IMG/VR virus record: IMGVR_UViG_3300012942_000082
Span: 1-40,149 of that record
Length of the DNA: 40,149 bases
Direction: 5' to 3' (one strand)
Origin: a virus
Taxonomy: Duplodnaviria; Caudoviricetes
Position numbers and translations under genes: made by a program. Each line of letters opens with the position of its first letter. Positions within the stretch are counted from its first letter, which is position 1. Below the pieces are notes generated by a model. The model saw only the letters and a list, made by a program, of their open reading frames with translations, had not been told where the DNA came from and ran no database searches. Positions 9,882 through 20,834 of this stretch are shown piece by piece.

Positions 9882-10678
9882 TGGCTATTCCTCCGTTTGG
9901 GTCACCTCCTACCCCACTTGCGACCAGTACTGTTGCTGGAAAGATTAAACTCGCTGGCGATTTGACGGGCACAGCTGCTAGTCCTGCACTTATTACAACT
10001 GGTGTAAGTGCAGGTAGCTATACAAGCACTAATCTTACTGTGGATGCCAAAGGACGTATTACGGCAGCTTCTAATGGGTCAGGCGGTGGGAGTACAACTA
10101 ATATCACTACTAATACGACAAAGATTGATGTAGGTGGTGGGAGTGGTACGACGACATGGGGAACATTAAGCGGGTTGATTAATGGTAGTAACGCTGTGTT
10201 TACAGTTAGCAATGGCTCGTACGTATCTGGTACATTGCGTGTGGAACTTATGGGTCAAGATCAGGTCAATGGGTCGTCTAATGACTGGACTGAAACAGCT
10301 CCTGGTTCGGGTACGTTTACATTTGCTATTGCCCCGCCCACTGGATCAATCATTGTTGCTACGTATACGACATCTTCTACTTCCAGTGGTAATATTTATA
10401 ACCCTATCGCTACTAAAACCTCAGCCTACACTATTAACGGTTCTACTGATAACTATATCCGGGCAGATGCAACTAGTGTAGCTTTCAGTGTGACGCTTCC
10501 TACTGCCTCTAGCTTTACTGGGTTTGAGTACATTGTGAAAAAGATAGATAGTTCAGCAAATGCTGTTACAGTAGTTGGAACTATTGATGGAGCAACTAAT
10601 TACAGTCTTCCATCGCAATATAAGTTTTTGAGAGTAAGAAGTAATGGAACTAACTGGGACGTTGTAGGTAACAACTAA
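9881..10678 (+). CDS. Tail fibre-like protein
   Basis: GSYT..TVDAKGRITAAS fibre repeat; C-terminal TLP...VKKID...SNGTNW domain. Confidence 0.7.
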   Translation: MAIPPFGSPPTPLATSTVAGKIKLAGDLTGTAASPALITTGVSAGSYTSTNLTVDAKGRITAASNGSGGGSTTNITTNTTKIDVGGGSGTTTWGTLSGLINGSNAVFTVSNGSYVSGTLRVELMGQDQVNGSSNDWTETAPGSGTFTFAIAPPTGSIIVATYTTSSTSSGNIYNPIATKTSAYTINGSTDNYIRADATSVAFSVTLPTASSFTGFEYIVKKIDSSANAVTVVGTIDGATNYSLPSQYKFLRVRSNGTNWDVVGNN

Positions 10679-11199
10679 TGGGTACACTTAAATATGCAGA
10701 AATGCTTTTAGTAGATACAGCAAGCACACTGCCAGCTATTGCCGATAAAGGCCAGATAGGCTATGCACAAGATACGGGTTTAGCCTACCAGTTTGATGGG
10801 GGGTATTGGAGTCCAAGCGCAAAAGTGTCTGTTAAAAAGACATCTGCGGCTATTAATGCTAAAAATACCGGTAATACACTGCTATATACATTGGAGAATA
10901 GCTCGTTTAACTTCTATCCAACTATGGTAGTTCCACGTGCAACAGGAGTTGGTATATCAGGAGTTGTAACGGGGCCCACAATGTCTATTGGTACTAACGC
11001 AACCTCATACAATAATGTTGCGGTTTCATCTCTACTTAGTAATGTACTAACAACTCTTACGGGTGGTAACAGCTTATCGACTACTATATATTCACCTGGC
11101 CTGGCAGGTAATACCGCAATTTACGTGAACGTTTCAGTGGCTGCAGTAGCCACTAATTACACAGTACTGTACGATATAATAGGATTTTATGACTTATGA
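10678..11199 (+). CDS. Putative virion protein
   Basis: Translationally coupled within the fibre cluster. Confidence 0.55.
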   Translation: MGTLKYAEMLLVDTASTLPAIADKGQIGYAQDTGLAYQFDGGYWSPSAKVSVKKTSAAINAKNTGNTLLYTLENSSFNFYPTMVVPRATGVGISGVVTGPTMSIGTNATSYNNVAVSSLLSNVLTTLTGGNSLSTTIYSPGLAGNTAIYVNVSVAAVATNYTVLYDIIGFYDL

Positions 11200-12518
11200 G
11201 CCAGACACGTATTCCTAAAGCACAGCTTGATACAACACTCGTTGATACGACGAGTGCCCAAACTGTTCAGAATAAGACGTTTGATGCTACGAGCACCTAT
11301 CCTACTTTTAACCAAAGCACTACAGGAAACGCGGCTACTGCAACTGCTCTCCAGACAGCTCGAACAATCCAAACGAGTTTATCTTCTACTTCCTCAGCAT
11401 CTTTTAATGGTACTGCTAACATAACCCCCGGTGTAACGGGTACTCTAGCAGCTACTAACGGGGGTACAGGAAATGCAACGTATGCTATTGGCGATATTCT
11501 GTATGCTTCAACTACTAGTGCTTTATCTCGGTTAGCAGATACGGCTACAGGAAACGCTCTAATATCGGGAGGTGCAGGTGTCGCACCGAGTTGGGGTAAG
11601 ATTGGCCTTACTACTCACATTAGTGGCGTTCTTCCAGTTGCGAATGGCGGTACAAACGCTTCAAGTGCAAGTATTACTGCATTTAACAATATAACTGGCT
11701 ATACGGCCACGGGTGCAACTGGTACTACTTCAACCAATCTGGTGTTTTCTACTTCTCCTACTATTACTACCCCTAATATTGGCCAGATTAATGATACGAA
11801 TGGTAACCCTTATATCATTTCTAGTCCACAAGTAAGTTCGGTAAACCAATTGACCATTGCAAATGCCACTACTGGATCCGGCCCATCTATTAGCGCTACC
11901 GGGACGGATACAAACATTCCTTTGACATTAGTAGCTAAAGGTAGCGGGAGTGTACGTTTAACCAACTCTAATGGCCTTGATATCATAGGTGCTTCTTCTG
12001 CACCAAGTGCCCCACTCTCTGGACTAGGTAGATTCTATACAATTGGCTCTACTACGGTACGTCCTCACTTCATGAACTCAGGAGGCGTTGATGAGACTAT
12101 TGTAACGGATGCTGGAAATATATGGACCACCTGGACTCCAACCTGGACTGGATTGACTTTAGGTAATGGTACAGTAACTGCACAATATGTCCGTATTGGT
12201 AATGGAGTCTGGTTCAGGCTATATTTATTATGGGGAAGTACAACGGCAGCCTCTTCTTCAGCCAATAGCTTTAGTTTACCACTTACAGCCAGCTCATTTG
12301 GAGGTGTTTCGGGTGCTAACATTGGTAACTCAAAGATGTATGATGGTACAAATCAGTTTGAGGGTCCACTACCATTAACTTCTACTACGATGGTTACTTT
12401 TCGTTGGTTCCAAGTACAGGGTTCGGGTATTAAAGATGCAAATGTTACAAATGCGGCCCCAAACTCCTGGATAACTAACAATGAATGGTATGCACAAGGC
12501 TATTATCAAGCAGCATAA
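11196..12518 (+). CDS. Tail fibre / receptor-binding protein A
   Basis: GNAATATALQTARTI, L.VANGGT and GDILYA repeats; C-terminal WTPTW..GNG...Y.RIG..V domain. Confidence 0.75.
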   Translation: MSQTRIPKAQLDTTLVDTTSAQTVQNKTFDATSTYPTFNQSTTGNAATATALQTARTIQTSLSSTSSASFNGTANITPGVTGTLAATNGGTGNATYAIGDILYASTTSALSRLADTATGNALISGGAGVAPSWGKIGLTTHISGVLPVANGGTNASSASITAFNNITGYTATGATGTTSTNLVFSTSPTITTPNIGQINDTNGNPYIISSPQVSSVNQLTIANATTGSGPSISATGTDTNIPLTLVAKGSGSVRLTNSNGLDIIGASSAPSAPLSGLGRFYTIGSTTVRPHFMNSGGVDETIVTDAGNIWTTWTPTWTGLTLGNGTVTAQYVRIGNGVWFRLYLLWGSTTAASSSANSFSLPLTASSFGGVSGANIGNSKMYDGTNQFEGPLPLTSTTMVTFRWFQVQGSGIKDANVTNAAPNSWITNNEWYAQGYYQAA

Positions 12519-12522
12519 TATA

Positions 12523-12566
12523 TGCTACAATCCAGTCAGGATATGCCCTGCGTAAGCGGGGCTTTT
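12523..12566 (+). promoter_or_regulatory. Promoter plus promoter-proximal terminator (late element 2)
   Basis: Extended -10 TGCTACAAT, then GTCAGGATAT GCCCTGC-gtaa-GCGGGGC TTTT. Confidence 0.7.
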
Positions 12567-12579
12567 GTATTAAAGAACT

Positions 12580-13398
12580 ATGCAACCGACCACTTCCCAA
12601 CAGGCATTATCACAGTTAGAGAGTACCGAGGGTCAGGCCCAAGACCCGAATACTATTCTGCAACAGCAGAACCAACAATACGGGGTTAATAATGCCCAGA
12701 ACACAGTTACTGGTCTCCGTGGGGCTATTAATAATACTACAAAGCTGTTGCAGCAAGTCGCTCCATCGGTAATGGGGCGTACTGGCAACTCACTTGTAAC
12801 TGCTGCTCAAGCAGCTAAGCAAGTAGATAATGAATCTGCGCCGCTTAATACAACGCTTACGAATCAGACTAATCAGTATAATCAGGCAAATCAAGATCTG
12901 CAAACAGCTGAACAGAATGCCCAAACAGCTGCTAGTGGCATTTATCAGGGACAACAGGATAAGCTGAGTTATATGCAGAATGTCTATAACAACTTGTATC
13001 AGGCGGAACAAGCAGCAGCTCAGCAAGCGTACCAACAGCAACAGTTAGCTGAACAGGAACGAGAAGCAAACCAGAGTAGCTCTAGCAGTTCAGGATTAGG
13101 GTCGGTTCTATCTGCGCTTCTGGGTGGAGGTAGTACTTCCTCAGGAACTGGCTCACCCACTGCCAGTACTAATAAGTCTGCCGCAACGCTTACGGGCGGA
13201 AAATCACTTAATGATGCAGCAAATGCCTTGAAACAACTACTTGCTACGAATAATGCATCTACTATTCGTAATACCTTATCGGCTATTCAGAAATCTGCTA
13301 GCTATGGCAACACCTATGACCAAGCGAAGTTACAGTTAATCAATAGCCAACCAGAGTTTAAGCAGTATTTAGCTAACTTCAATGGGGCAACATTCTAA
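12580..13398 (+). CDS. Putative internal virion/ejection protein
   Basis: Gln/Asn/Ala-rich helical protein; podovirus context. Confidence 0.5.
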   Translation: MQPTTSQQALSQLESTEGQAQDPNTILQQQNQQYGVNNAQNTVTGLRGAINNTTKLLQQVAPSVMGRTGNSLVTAAQAAKQVDNESAPLNTTLTNQTNQYNQANQDLQTAEQNAQTAASGIYQGQQDKLSYMQNVYNNLYQAEQAAAQQAYQQQQLAEQEREANQSSSSSSGLGSVLSALLGGGSTSSGTGSPTASTNKSAATLTGGKSLNDAANALKQLLATNNASTIRNTLSAIQKSASYGNTYDQAKLQLINSQPEFKQYLANFNGATF

Positions 13399-15599
13399 TG
13401 TTTGATCAGAGTACGCTCAATAATGTCTGGAAAAGTGCTTCGGCTTCGAGACCCCAAGTAGCGACTCAGACTACACCAAAGAAATCTAGCGGTGGCTTAG
13501 GGGGATTTTTACATGCAGTGGTATCTCCGGCTGCATATTTCCTCAATACTGATATCATTAATCCTACGAAAGAAGTTGCTGCCACTTTAACGGGTAATAA
13601 GACGGCTATGAAGAATGCAGAAAATGCCCAATCAAAGACTATCGGTGCAACACCAGGTGAGGCATTTAAGCGCCTTGCGGGAAATACGGTTGGGCTAGCT
13701 GCAACTACGATTGCTCCAGAAGCAAAAGTGGGACTAGGCGCCAAAGTGCTTCAGGGTGCTAAAGTTGGTGCGGCTGCCGGTGCTGGAAACGCTGCCGCTA
13801 ATGACCAAAGTATCGTTAAGGGTGCTAGTCTTGGGGCTGTTACTGGAGGAGCTACCAATGGTATCCTAAGCAAAATATTTGAAGGTAAGCCATTAAACGG
13901 TTCTTCCGATGCCAATGCGGTTACTGCCGCAAAACAAGCTAATGGGCTTCGGAATCCGTTAGCTTCTGCGGGCGCACAGGCTAGAAAATATGGCACTGAC
14001 CTTCTAGCTAATAAACTCAACATAGATGAAGCATCCGCTATAAAGTTTAAAGGACCTCAGACGGTCGCAACCCTACAGAAAGATTATGGATTGACACCTC
14101 ATCAGGCAGCGCTATTACATCCTATCATTACTGGTAGTGACGGTAAATCTACGGAGGCTCTTGATTCTGCATTAGAAGGCATGGGTAAGGTCAATTTTAG
14201 TGATTTTGGTACAAAAATGCGTCAAGAGTTACAAGATCCAGAATTCTTGAGTGGCAATGATTTATCCCCTTCTCAAAAGAAGAATCTTAATGATTTAGTA
14301 CAACAATACCACGGAGCATTAAATCCAGATACAGATGAAAATTTTATTGGTCAAAATGGAAAAATATCGGCTAATATAGGTGGTTCAGGCACAAACGCAA
14401 AGGCCGCTATGGATGTTGCTCGTAAGCTTGAGAAATCTGGTTATGAGAATCAAGCAACCAGCGATGTTACTAAGAATGCTAAAGGTGATACCGAACTTAA
14501 AATGGCTGATTTTATCAAAAGCCGTATCTACAATGCCCCCGGTGGTGAAGATGCACTTACTGCAGCCAAGGATATGGCCGCTAGCTCACTTAACGATATA
14601 GCCCAACAGAGTGGAAATGCAAAATTGGCTAAAGTAGCCCAAGCATTTCAAACGGCTCCTGATTTTCAGTCTTATAGGGCGATATCATCCCCATTTGTGA
14701 ATGCGAAACAGCTTGTGGACAAAAGTAACATTCGCGACTTTGCCAATAAAGGTCAGAATTCTGGTGGTGGGTTATTTAACACACTTAAAACTGGCGCAAG
14801 CAAAGTAGTGAGCCCTGCAGGTGGCAAGATTTTATCTAATATAGGTAATAAACTTGATAATTTGCCAAATGCATCTGCTCCGGCACAGGTAACACAAAGT
14901 GCAGCAAGTAACGTACTATCTCGACTTCGTGGCACCCCACTTACTGCCGGTGCTACAAGAGAGGCAACTGTTGGCTCTACTGGTCTGATACCAAATAATG
15001 GCAGCAGCCAGCAGGACGAAGGTGCATTGTCTACTGACCAACTCCAAAAACTGCAGACTGACCTTACTCCTGATACAGCTATTAGTAATTCTTCCAGTGA
15101 GCCAGCCAGTGATACAACTGGCTTTGATAAGAATACCCTGCTAGCATTAATTGCAGCCGATCCTACTAACGCGGCTACCTATATGTCCCTCTACAAGATA
15201 GTTGGAACTGATTTGAACTCAGCGAGTCAGAATGCAACTGCATTGAAGAATGAACAGACTGCTGAACAATCACAGAATGCGCTGAATAGTATCGAGTCTG
15301 CATTTAATGCCGCCGGAGGTGGAAAGGGTAAAGTTAGTGGTGCATTTGGTAATTTGGAAGCAAAATTAGGATTGAATAGTAATGTAGCAACCTACAATGA
15401 TACTGCTACCGCACTTGGCGCACAGATATACAAGGCACTTGGTAACACTGGTACCATTAGCGACCAAGACCAACGGCTTATTGCTAACCTCATACCGAAG
15501 ACAACCGATACGGCCAAAACAGCGCAAGAGAAGATTTCTCAGCTGCAGTCACTACTGCAGAACGCTCAGCAAATCGCGGCCCAAGGAGCAACTCAATGA
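13398..15599 (+). CDS. Putative DNA ejection protein
   Basis: 733 aa, Ala/Gly-rich amphipathic segments (GAAAGAG, GAVTGG); C-terminal GTISDQD motif. Confidence 0.55.
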   Translation: MFDQSTLNNVWKSASASRPQVATQTTPKKSSGGLGGFLHAVVSPAAYFLNTDIINPTKEVAATLTGNKTAMKNAENAQSKTIGATPGEAFKRLAGNTVGLAATTIAPEAKVGLGAKVLQGAKVGAAAGAGNAAANDQSIVKGASLGAVTGGATNGILSKIFEGKPLNGSSDANAVTAAKQANGLRNPLASAGAQARKYGTDLLANKLNIDEASAIKFKGPQTVATLQKDYGLTPHQAALLHPIITGSDGKSTEALDSALEGMGKVNFSDFGTKMRQELQDPEFLSGNDLSPSQKKNLNDLVQQYHGALNPDTDENFIGQNGKISANIGGSGTNAKAAMDVARKLEKSGYENQATSDVTKNAKGDTELKMADFIKSRIYNAPGGEDALTAAKDMAASSLNDIAQQSGNAKLAKVAQAFQTAPDFQSYRAISSPFVNAKQLVDKSNIRDFANKGQNSGGGLFNTLKTGASKVVSPAGGKILSNIGNKLDNLPNASAPAQVTQSAASNVLSRLRGTPLTAGATREATVGSTGLIPNNGSSQQDEGALSTDQLQKLQTDLTPDTAISNSSSEPASDTTGFDKNTLLALIAADPTNAATYMSLYKIVGTDLNSASQNATALKNEQTAEQSQNALNSIESAFNAAGGGKGKVSGAFGNLEAKLGLNSNVATYNDTATALGAQIYKALGNTGTISDQDQRLIANLIPKTTDTAKTAQEKISQLQSLLQNAQQIAAQGATQ

Positions 15600-15787
15600 T
15601 TCACTACTTCTTTTCATGGTATTCAGGCAGTATATGGGGTAACTTGATTGCATCCGCAATATGGACTGTACCGGCATATCTGTATGGGCGGTTTCATTTC
15701 AAGAAACTTCATGCTAAACATGATGCCATGCATGAAGATATAAAACGATTACAAAGGAGTAATACGTATGGCAACAACACCTATTAA
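15596..15787 (+). CDS. Small membrane protein
   Basis: One hydrophobic helix (IWGNLIASAIW) followed by a basic/His tail. Confidence 0.55.
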   Translation: MIHYFFSWYSGSIWGNLIASAIWTVPAYLYGRFHFKKLHAKHDAMHEDIKRLQRSNTYGNNTY

Positions 15788-15956
15788 GAAAACTGGTACG
15801 ACTGATGGAGAGTCTAATAATCTCGGCGGAGGCGGTCGTTTCCAGCAATTGGTGAACCAAGGCAAAAGCCCGGCTTTAGCAGCCTATATTGGCCGGCGCA
15901 AGTACGGGTCTAAGAAGATGGCAAACATGTCAGCAAAGGGTAAACCGAGTAAGTAA
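15768..15956 (+). CDS. Small basic protein
   Basis: SD AAAGGAG; GGGGRF..ALAAYIGRRKYG motif. Confidence 0.65.
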   Translation: MATTPIKKTGTTDGESNNLGGGGRFQQLVNQGKSPALAAYIGRRKYGSKKMANMSAKGKPSK

Positions 15957-16156
15957 TGGCCACTACAGGTAATCCACCAGTTACGATTTGGCGTACTACT
16001 TCCGGTAATAACGAATCGGAGAGTTATACGGCTGCGAATATTGCAGACCCGCTGGGCAATCTTTTGATTGACCCGCAGAGTAACTTCGTGGTGGATACCG
16101 GGCTGGTAATGCCATTAATACCTGCAACTGTTTGGACAGAGGATAATTCAATATGA
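15956..16156 (+). CDS. Hypothetical virion protein
   Basis: Coupled to both neighbours (TAATG, ATGA). Confidence 0.6.
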   Translation: MATTGNPPVTIWRTTSGNNESESYTAANIADPLGNLLIDPQSNFVVDTGLVMPLIPATVWTEDNSI

Positions 16157-17073
16157 GCAACATGACCATTCCCCAATATACTGCCGCAGGAAGTATTGAC
16201 CCTGTTCAGGATAAGTTTCTTATGTGGCAAAATAGCACTAATAGTTATGTCAGTATTAGCCGCAACACAATTATGGGTACTACTGGTACACCTGTTGACA
16301 CAAGTTCTAGCCAAACGCTTACCAATAAGACGCTTACTGGGCCAAGTATATCTAGCCCAGTTCTATCTGGTACCATTACTGGAACGTATACCTTAGGTGG
16401 TACACCAACCTTTCCGAGTACCGTAGTAACTACAACCGGTACGCAGACGCTTACTAATAAAACATTAACGAGCCCCAGTATATCTGGAGGTACAATAGAT
16501 AATTCTACAATTACTGTTGATACCATATCGGGACATAGCACTCCTAATAGTGGAACAATTTATGGTGTTCCTATAACTTCAGGGACATTAGGAACAAATA
16601 CGGTAGTAACTTCTAGCATTACTGATGGAGCAGTTACTCCGGCAAAACTACTGGCTGGTACAGGTTCTTCTTGGGCTTGGCAGTCCTGGACTCCAACCTG
16701 GACTGGAGCAAGTGGAAACCCAGCAATTGGTAATGGGACTATTATCGGCCGCTATCTACAGACAGGAAAAACTGTTCAATTCAGGCTTGATATCCTTGCA
16801 GGATCTACAACTACTTTTGGTACGGGAGCTTGGACATTTACACTTCCTGTGACGGCCGCAGCAAACTATACTGCAACTTATGCAATGGGTATTGGATCAT
16901 ATGAAAAACCCGGTACGGGTGACTACTTCGGGCCAATCAACCTCATGAGTACTACCACTTTTCAAATGTGGTACAGTACAGGTACGAATAGTAATGTTTT
17001 AGGATCTGCTGCACCAGAAGCTTGGAATTCCACAAGTTTCTTCCGAATGACAGCAACTTATGAGGCAGCGTAA
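16153..17073 (+). CDS. Tail fibre / receptor-binding protein B
   Basis: QTLTNKTLT repeats, ITDGAVTPAKL; C-terminal WTPTW domain paralogous to protein A. Confidence 0.75.
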   Translation: MSNMTIPQYTAAGSIDPVQDKFLMWQNSTNSYVSISRNTIMGTTGTPVDTSSSQTLTNKTLTGPSISSPVLSGTITGTYTLGGTPTFPSTVVTTTGTQTLTNKTLTSPSISGGTIDNSTITVDTISGHSTPNSGTIYGVPITSGTLGTNTVVTSSITDGAVTPAKLLAGTGSSWAWQSWTPTWTGASGNPAIGNGTIIGRYLQTGKTVQFRLDILAGSTTTFGTGAWTFTLPVTAAANYTATYAMGIGSYEKPGTGDYFGPINLMSTTTFQMWYSTGTNSNVLGSAAPEAWNSTSFFRMTATYEAA

Positions 17074-17990
17074 TGGCACTTACCTGGACTGATATGGAGA
17101 CAAAGGCAGTACGACTTAGTCGAGATACCTCCGCTGCTACTAAGGTACAACTCCAGCAAGATATGAATACAGCCTACCATATGTTTAATGCAAAATTTGG
17201 TAGATATTTTAGCCGTAAGCAGCAGTTTGCAGACCTTGTAGAGGGACAAGGTATTTACCAGACACCAATAGATTGCGTGCGGGTGCTGGGAATGACTGCT
17301 TCGGTATCAGATACGTACAAGATTCCAATTAAAGAAGTCCGAAGTGAGTTCGAGTGGCGACAGATTACTGCATACCCATACGACTCAAACTGGCCGGCTT
17401 ATTATTTTATGCTCGGAGATGATGAATTACAGCTCTGGCCAACGCCAAGCCAAAATGTAGAGAATGGCCTACGCTTTTACTACCAGCCACAAGACTTCGA
17501 TTTGAGTGTTGAGGATGTTATATCAAGCTCTTTAAGTCCTGCGCAGACTTGTACGGTTACGAATGGATTGACGACTATAACTTCTACAGGCTCAACCTTC
17601 ACGAATCAGCTGACAGGATTGTGGTTCCAGCTGCAAGGAGTAACAAACCTTACCTGGTATGAGATAGTTGATGTCCCAAATAGCTCAACACTTACCCTAA
17701 AGAGTGCTTTTGTAGGTAATAGCGGATCTGGGCTTAGTTTTAGGATTGGACAACTCAGCATCATCCCAAATGAGTATCAAGATGTACCAATTCACTATGC
17801 GCTTAACCTCTTCTTTTCTGGCAAAGGTAATGAAACACGCGCTCAGCAACACCTAGCGCTCTATCAACAAGGCATTAATGATGCTGTTCAGGCATACAGT
17901 CTCAGCACTGAGGGCAATGTGATTTTCTCAGATGGTGGGGAGCTAAATGCTTGGTTCCTAACACCATTACCACCTACAAGCGGACCGTAA
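17073..17990 (+). CDS. Head-tail adaptor (tail tubular A-like)
   Basis: Y..P.D..RV, PAYY..LQLWPTP and IP.EY...IHYA motifs typical of podovirus adaptors. Confidence 0.65.
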   Translation: MALTWTDMETKAVRLSRDTSAATKVQLQQDMNTAYHMFNAKFGRYFSRKQQFADLVEGQGIYQTPIDCVRVLGMTASVSDTYKIPIKEVRSEFEWRQITAYPYDSNWPAYYFMLGDDELQLWPTPSQNVENGLRFYYQPQDFDLSVEDVISSSLSPAQTCTVTNGLTTITSTGSTFTNQLTGLWFQLQGVTNLTWYEIVDVPNSSTLTLKSAFVGNSGSGLSFRIGQLSIIPNEYQDVPIHYALNLFFSGKGNETRAQQHLALYQQGINDAVQAYSLSTEGNVIFSDGGELNAWFLTPLPPTSGP

Positions 17991-17991
17991 T

Positions 17992-19995
17992 ATGACAAAG
18001 ACAACGATTAATGCATGGGTATACAGTAACTTTTCAGGTGGTCAGTCAACTGACAAGAAAACGGGTATAGCTAACTCATTTGCTGATAGCCAAAGTCTTG
18101 ATTTTCGTACCTCCCCGAGTCAGTTCAGTGTTCTACCCGCCACTCGGCGAGCTGATAATAATGTCGTAACCGACCTCGTGCAGAATGAAGTTATGACAGC
18201 AGATGGGACTATCTGGGCTATTGGGTCAGCAGGGAATGTATATCGGGTGAGTCCTACGGGCGTATGGAGTTTATTTGGCAATATAGGGTCAGCTGGTACA
18301 TTTGGGATAAACTGGCGGCAGGATCAGGATGCTATCTATATACCTGGTACAGATTCGGTAACTCAGATAGCTACGGTTTCGACTAATCCTACGCTACAAG
18401 TCAAGTATTATGGCCCGTCACAATCAACCTATGATAACTCTGATACTACTGGGTTCAATGTTAATTCAAATCAGAGTGGTAGCACTTCCACTACGGCCAT
18501 TCTAACTTCATATAGCGAAGGCATTACTACTCAAGAACGATTCTTCCAAACTGATGTTACTCCTATCTATAGCATAGGTGTTAATATAGTCAGTAAAGGG
18601 ACGGGTAACTGGACGCTGGTGGTGCACGATGGCTTCAATAATAAGCTGGGAAGCGTGACTATCAGTAATGCTAATCTGGTAAATGGCCAGTTCAATGAAT
18701 TTGTTTTCTCTACGCCTATTCAGATTAACAGCGCTACCTACAATCCAGCTTCAGAAACGACAGGTAGTAATGCGCAGACGTACCATTTTCATCTTACAAG
18801 TACGGTTGCCGATGGTACCATTAGTTCTACGACTACAAATGATCTTTCTACGGCTGATATGAACCTCTATGCCAGCCGGCTTATCAATACAAAGAATGGT
18901 ATCCATGTTCAAATGACCTTCCAGCAGTTTGAGTGTATAACCAATGGTCGGTATCTAAGTGTTTGGGAACCACTGGGTGACCCAACTCCTGATAACTCAG
19001 AGTGGGCACGTGAAGCGCTAACGTTTCCTCCAGGTTATGAAGGTTGCGGAGTAGCAGTATTCAACGAATACCTTGTCATCGCTGCGCAACTTACAGTAAC
19101 AGGTAACAATTCTGCTCAGCAGGGTATATTGTTTTACTGGGATGGACTAAGTTCAACCTATAACTACTTTACCCCTATTCCTGAGGGCTATCCTGAAAGC
19201 TTACATACTTACGAGAATGCCATTTATTTCGTAGCTGGCGGTAACTGGTACACTATTACCTCTGTTGCAGCCACTCCTCAGAAGATACGCCGCTTGCCTG
19301 GTACCGAAGACCAGTTTGTGGAGAGTAACCAAGTCAGCCATGTTTTCCCAAATATGGGTACTGTACGCTACGGTATTCACCTCTTAGGTTACCCGAGTAC
19401 TACCGCTAACCAGTCAATTCCATATGGTGTATATACGTGGGGTCAGACAGATACCACCCAGAATTACTCGTTTGGATACTCATATGTATTGAGTAACGGC
19501 TTGCAGCTTAATGATGGTACGAACAATCTTACGATTGGTATGGTTAAGAACTTCGGTAACATACTGCATATATCCTGGTCAGCAAGCGGCAAGTATGGGG
19601 TAGATATCGTTGATGCCAGTTCTAACCCAGCAAATTTTGCAAGTTGGGAATCACTTATTGAAGATAATGGATACCCATCTAAGCAAAAACTTGCTTCCTA
19701 TGTTGATGCCCACTGGCTACCTATTCAGGATGGTACCCAGATACGCCTCAAGTACTCACTCGATAGAGGAGATTGGGTATATTCACCGTATTACAGTAAT
19801 GCTAATCTTTGGCCAGTAGAAAACGAATCAGGATATGCCCGACTTGATATTGGTGACCCATCCGTAGAAGAGGCTCGTTTTTACGAGATACAGGTCGGGG
19901 TTGAAATATATAATGACAGTACAGTTACTGACACTCCTGTAGTAGTGGCTGTTAGCGTGCCATTTGATACATTAAATAACGAATTACCGATATGA
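17992..19995 (+). CDS. Tail nozzle / packaged DNA stabilisation protein
   Basis: N-terminal NFSGG; beta-propeller-like composition; follows the adaptor. Confidence 0.6.
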   Translation: MTKTTINAWVYSNFSGGQSTDKKTGIANSFADSQSLDFRTSPSQFSVLPATRRADNNVVTDLVQNEVMTADGTIWAIGSAGNVYRVSPTGVWSLFGNIGSAGTFGINWRQDQDAIYIPGTDSVTQIATVSTNPTLQVKYYGPSQSTYDNSDTTGFNVNSNQSGSTSTTAILTSYSEGITTQERFFQTDVTPIYSIGVNIVSKGTGNWTLVVHDGFNNKLGSVTISNANLVNGQFNEFVFSTPIQINSATYNPASETTGSNAQTYHFHLTSTVADGTISSTTTNDLSTADMNLYASRLINTKNGIHVQMTFQQFECITNGRYLSVWEPLGDPTPDNSEWAREALTFPPGYEGCGVAVFNEYLVIAAQLTVTGNNSAQQGILFYWDGLSSTYNYFTPIPEGYPESLHTYENAIYFVAGGNWYTITSVAATPQKIRRLPGTEDQFVESNQVSHVFPNMGTVRYGIHLLGYPSTTANQSIPYGVYTWGQTDTTQNYSFGYSYVLSNGLQLNDGTNNLTIGMVKNFGNILHISWSASGKYGVDIVDASSNPANFASWESLIEDNGYPSKQKLASYVDAHWLPIQDGTQIRLKYSLDRGDWVYSPYYSNANLWPVENESGYARLDIGDPSVEEARFYEIQVGVEIYNDSTVTDTPVVVAVSVPFDTLNNELPI

Positions 19996-20834
19996 GCACA
20001 CCTTACAAATTTACTGGTACACAGAACTATAAAGTCACGACACCGGGTATTGGCGGTGATTCTTTTTCAACGGATAGTAATCTTTCGCGCACATTACCCC
20101 GGCAGATGAGTACGGGTAGTACCAGGGGTACGCAAATAGTCGGATATGGTAATACGAAGATTGATGGTAGCAAGAATAGTATTACATTGGGTACGGGTAT
20201 CATCCTTGATGGAACAAATGAAATTATCACTGTAGAAAATAATAGTACCCCTGTTATTAATATTGGTAAAGATAAAAATAATGACTTTAATTTTAGAGTT
20301 GTCGATAAGAATAATGTTGGACTAGCTCAATTTGGGCAGTTTCCAGATGGTTCAATTGCTCTTAAGGTTGCACAATCTGGAGTTGAAGTTGCGACAGCAC
20401 AAGCCAACCAATTAGTATTCAGTAGTACATCAAGTTTTACAGTCTTAAAGCAATCAAGTTATACTTTTCCTTCTTTTGGGGCAGTACCAGCTGATACTCT
20501 TAATGGAGGTAGTTATACTACTATTGCTCATAACGCAGGGTTTGTTCCAAATGTTAACTGTTTTACCCCATTTGCTTTCTCGGGTGTTACATATGTAACG
20601 GCCCCAGCAGGTTTTCCCATATCATTACCTACATTTGTCACTTCTGGATCGGCTATTACACAGATATCGGGTGCCTCTGGGGATGCATTCTTTAACTTTT
20701 TCTGGTCTGTAGATTCCACTAATTTGTATTTAGGAGCTACATTTCAGAACTCTACTAGTTCTACTGTAACTGCGCTGCCTCTTACCATTAATTACACCAT
20801 ATTTGTCTTATCTGCTGTTAACCAAACCCAATAG
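19992..20834 (+). CDS. Tail-associated protein
   Basis: LKVAQSG.EV..A...LVFSS and IAHNAGFVP motifs. Confidence 0.55.
   Translation: MSTPYKFTGTQNYKVTTPGIGGDSFSTDSNLSRTLPRQMSTGSTRGTQIVGYGNTKIDGSKNSITLGTGIILDGTNEIITVENNSTPVINIGKDKNNDFNFRVVDKNNVGLAQFGQFPDGSIALKVAQSGVEVATAQANQLVFSSTSSFTVLKQSSYTFPSFGAVPADTLNGGSYTTIAHNAGFVPNVNCFTPFAFSGVTYVTAPAGFPISLPTFVTSGSAITQISGASGDAFFNFFWSVDSTNLYLGATFQNSTSSTVTALPLTINYTIFVLSAVNQTQ

Noticed and set aside
16310-16480. QTLTNKTLT internal repeat
   Set aside because: Common phage fibre repeat; not novel
11196-17073. Diversity-generating retroelement acting on the paralogous fibre tips
   Set aside because: No reverse transcriptase ORF, and no long template/variable repeat pair differing only at adenines was seen
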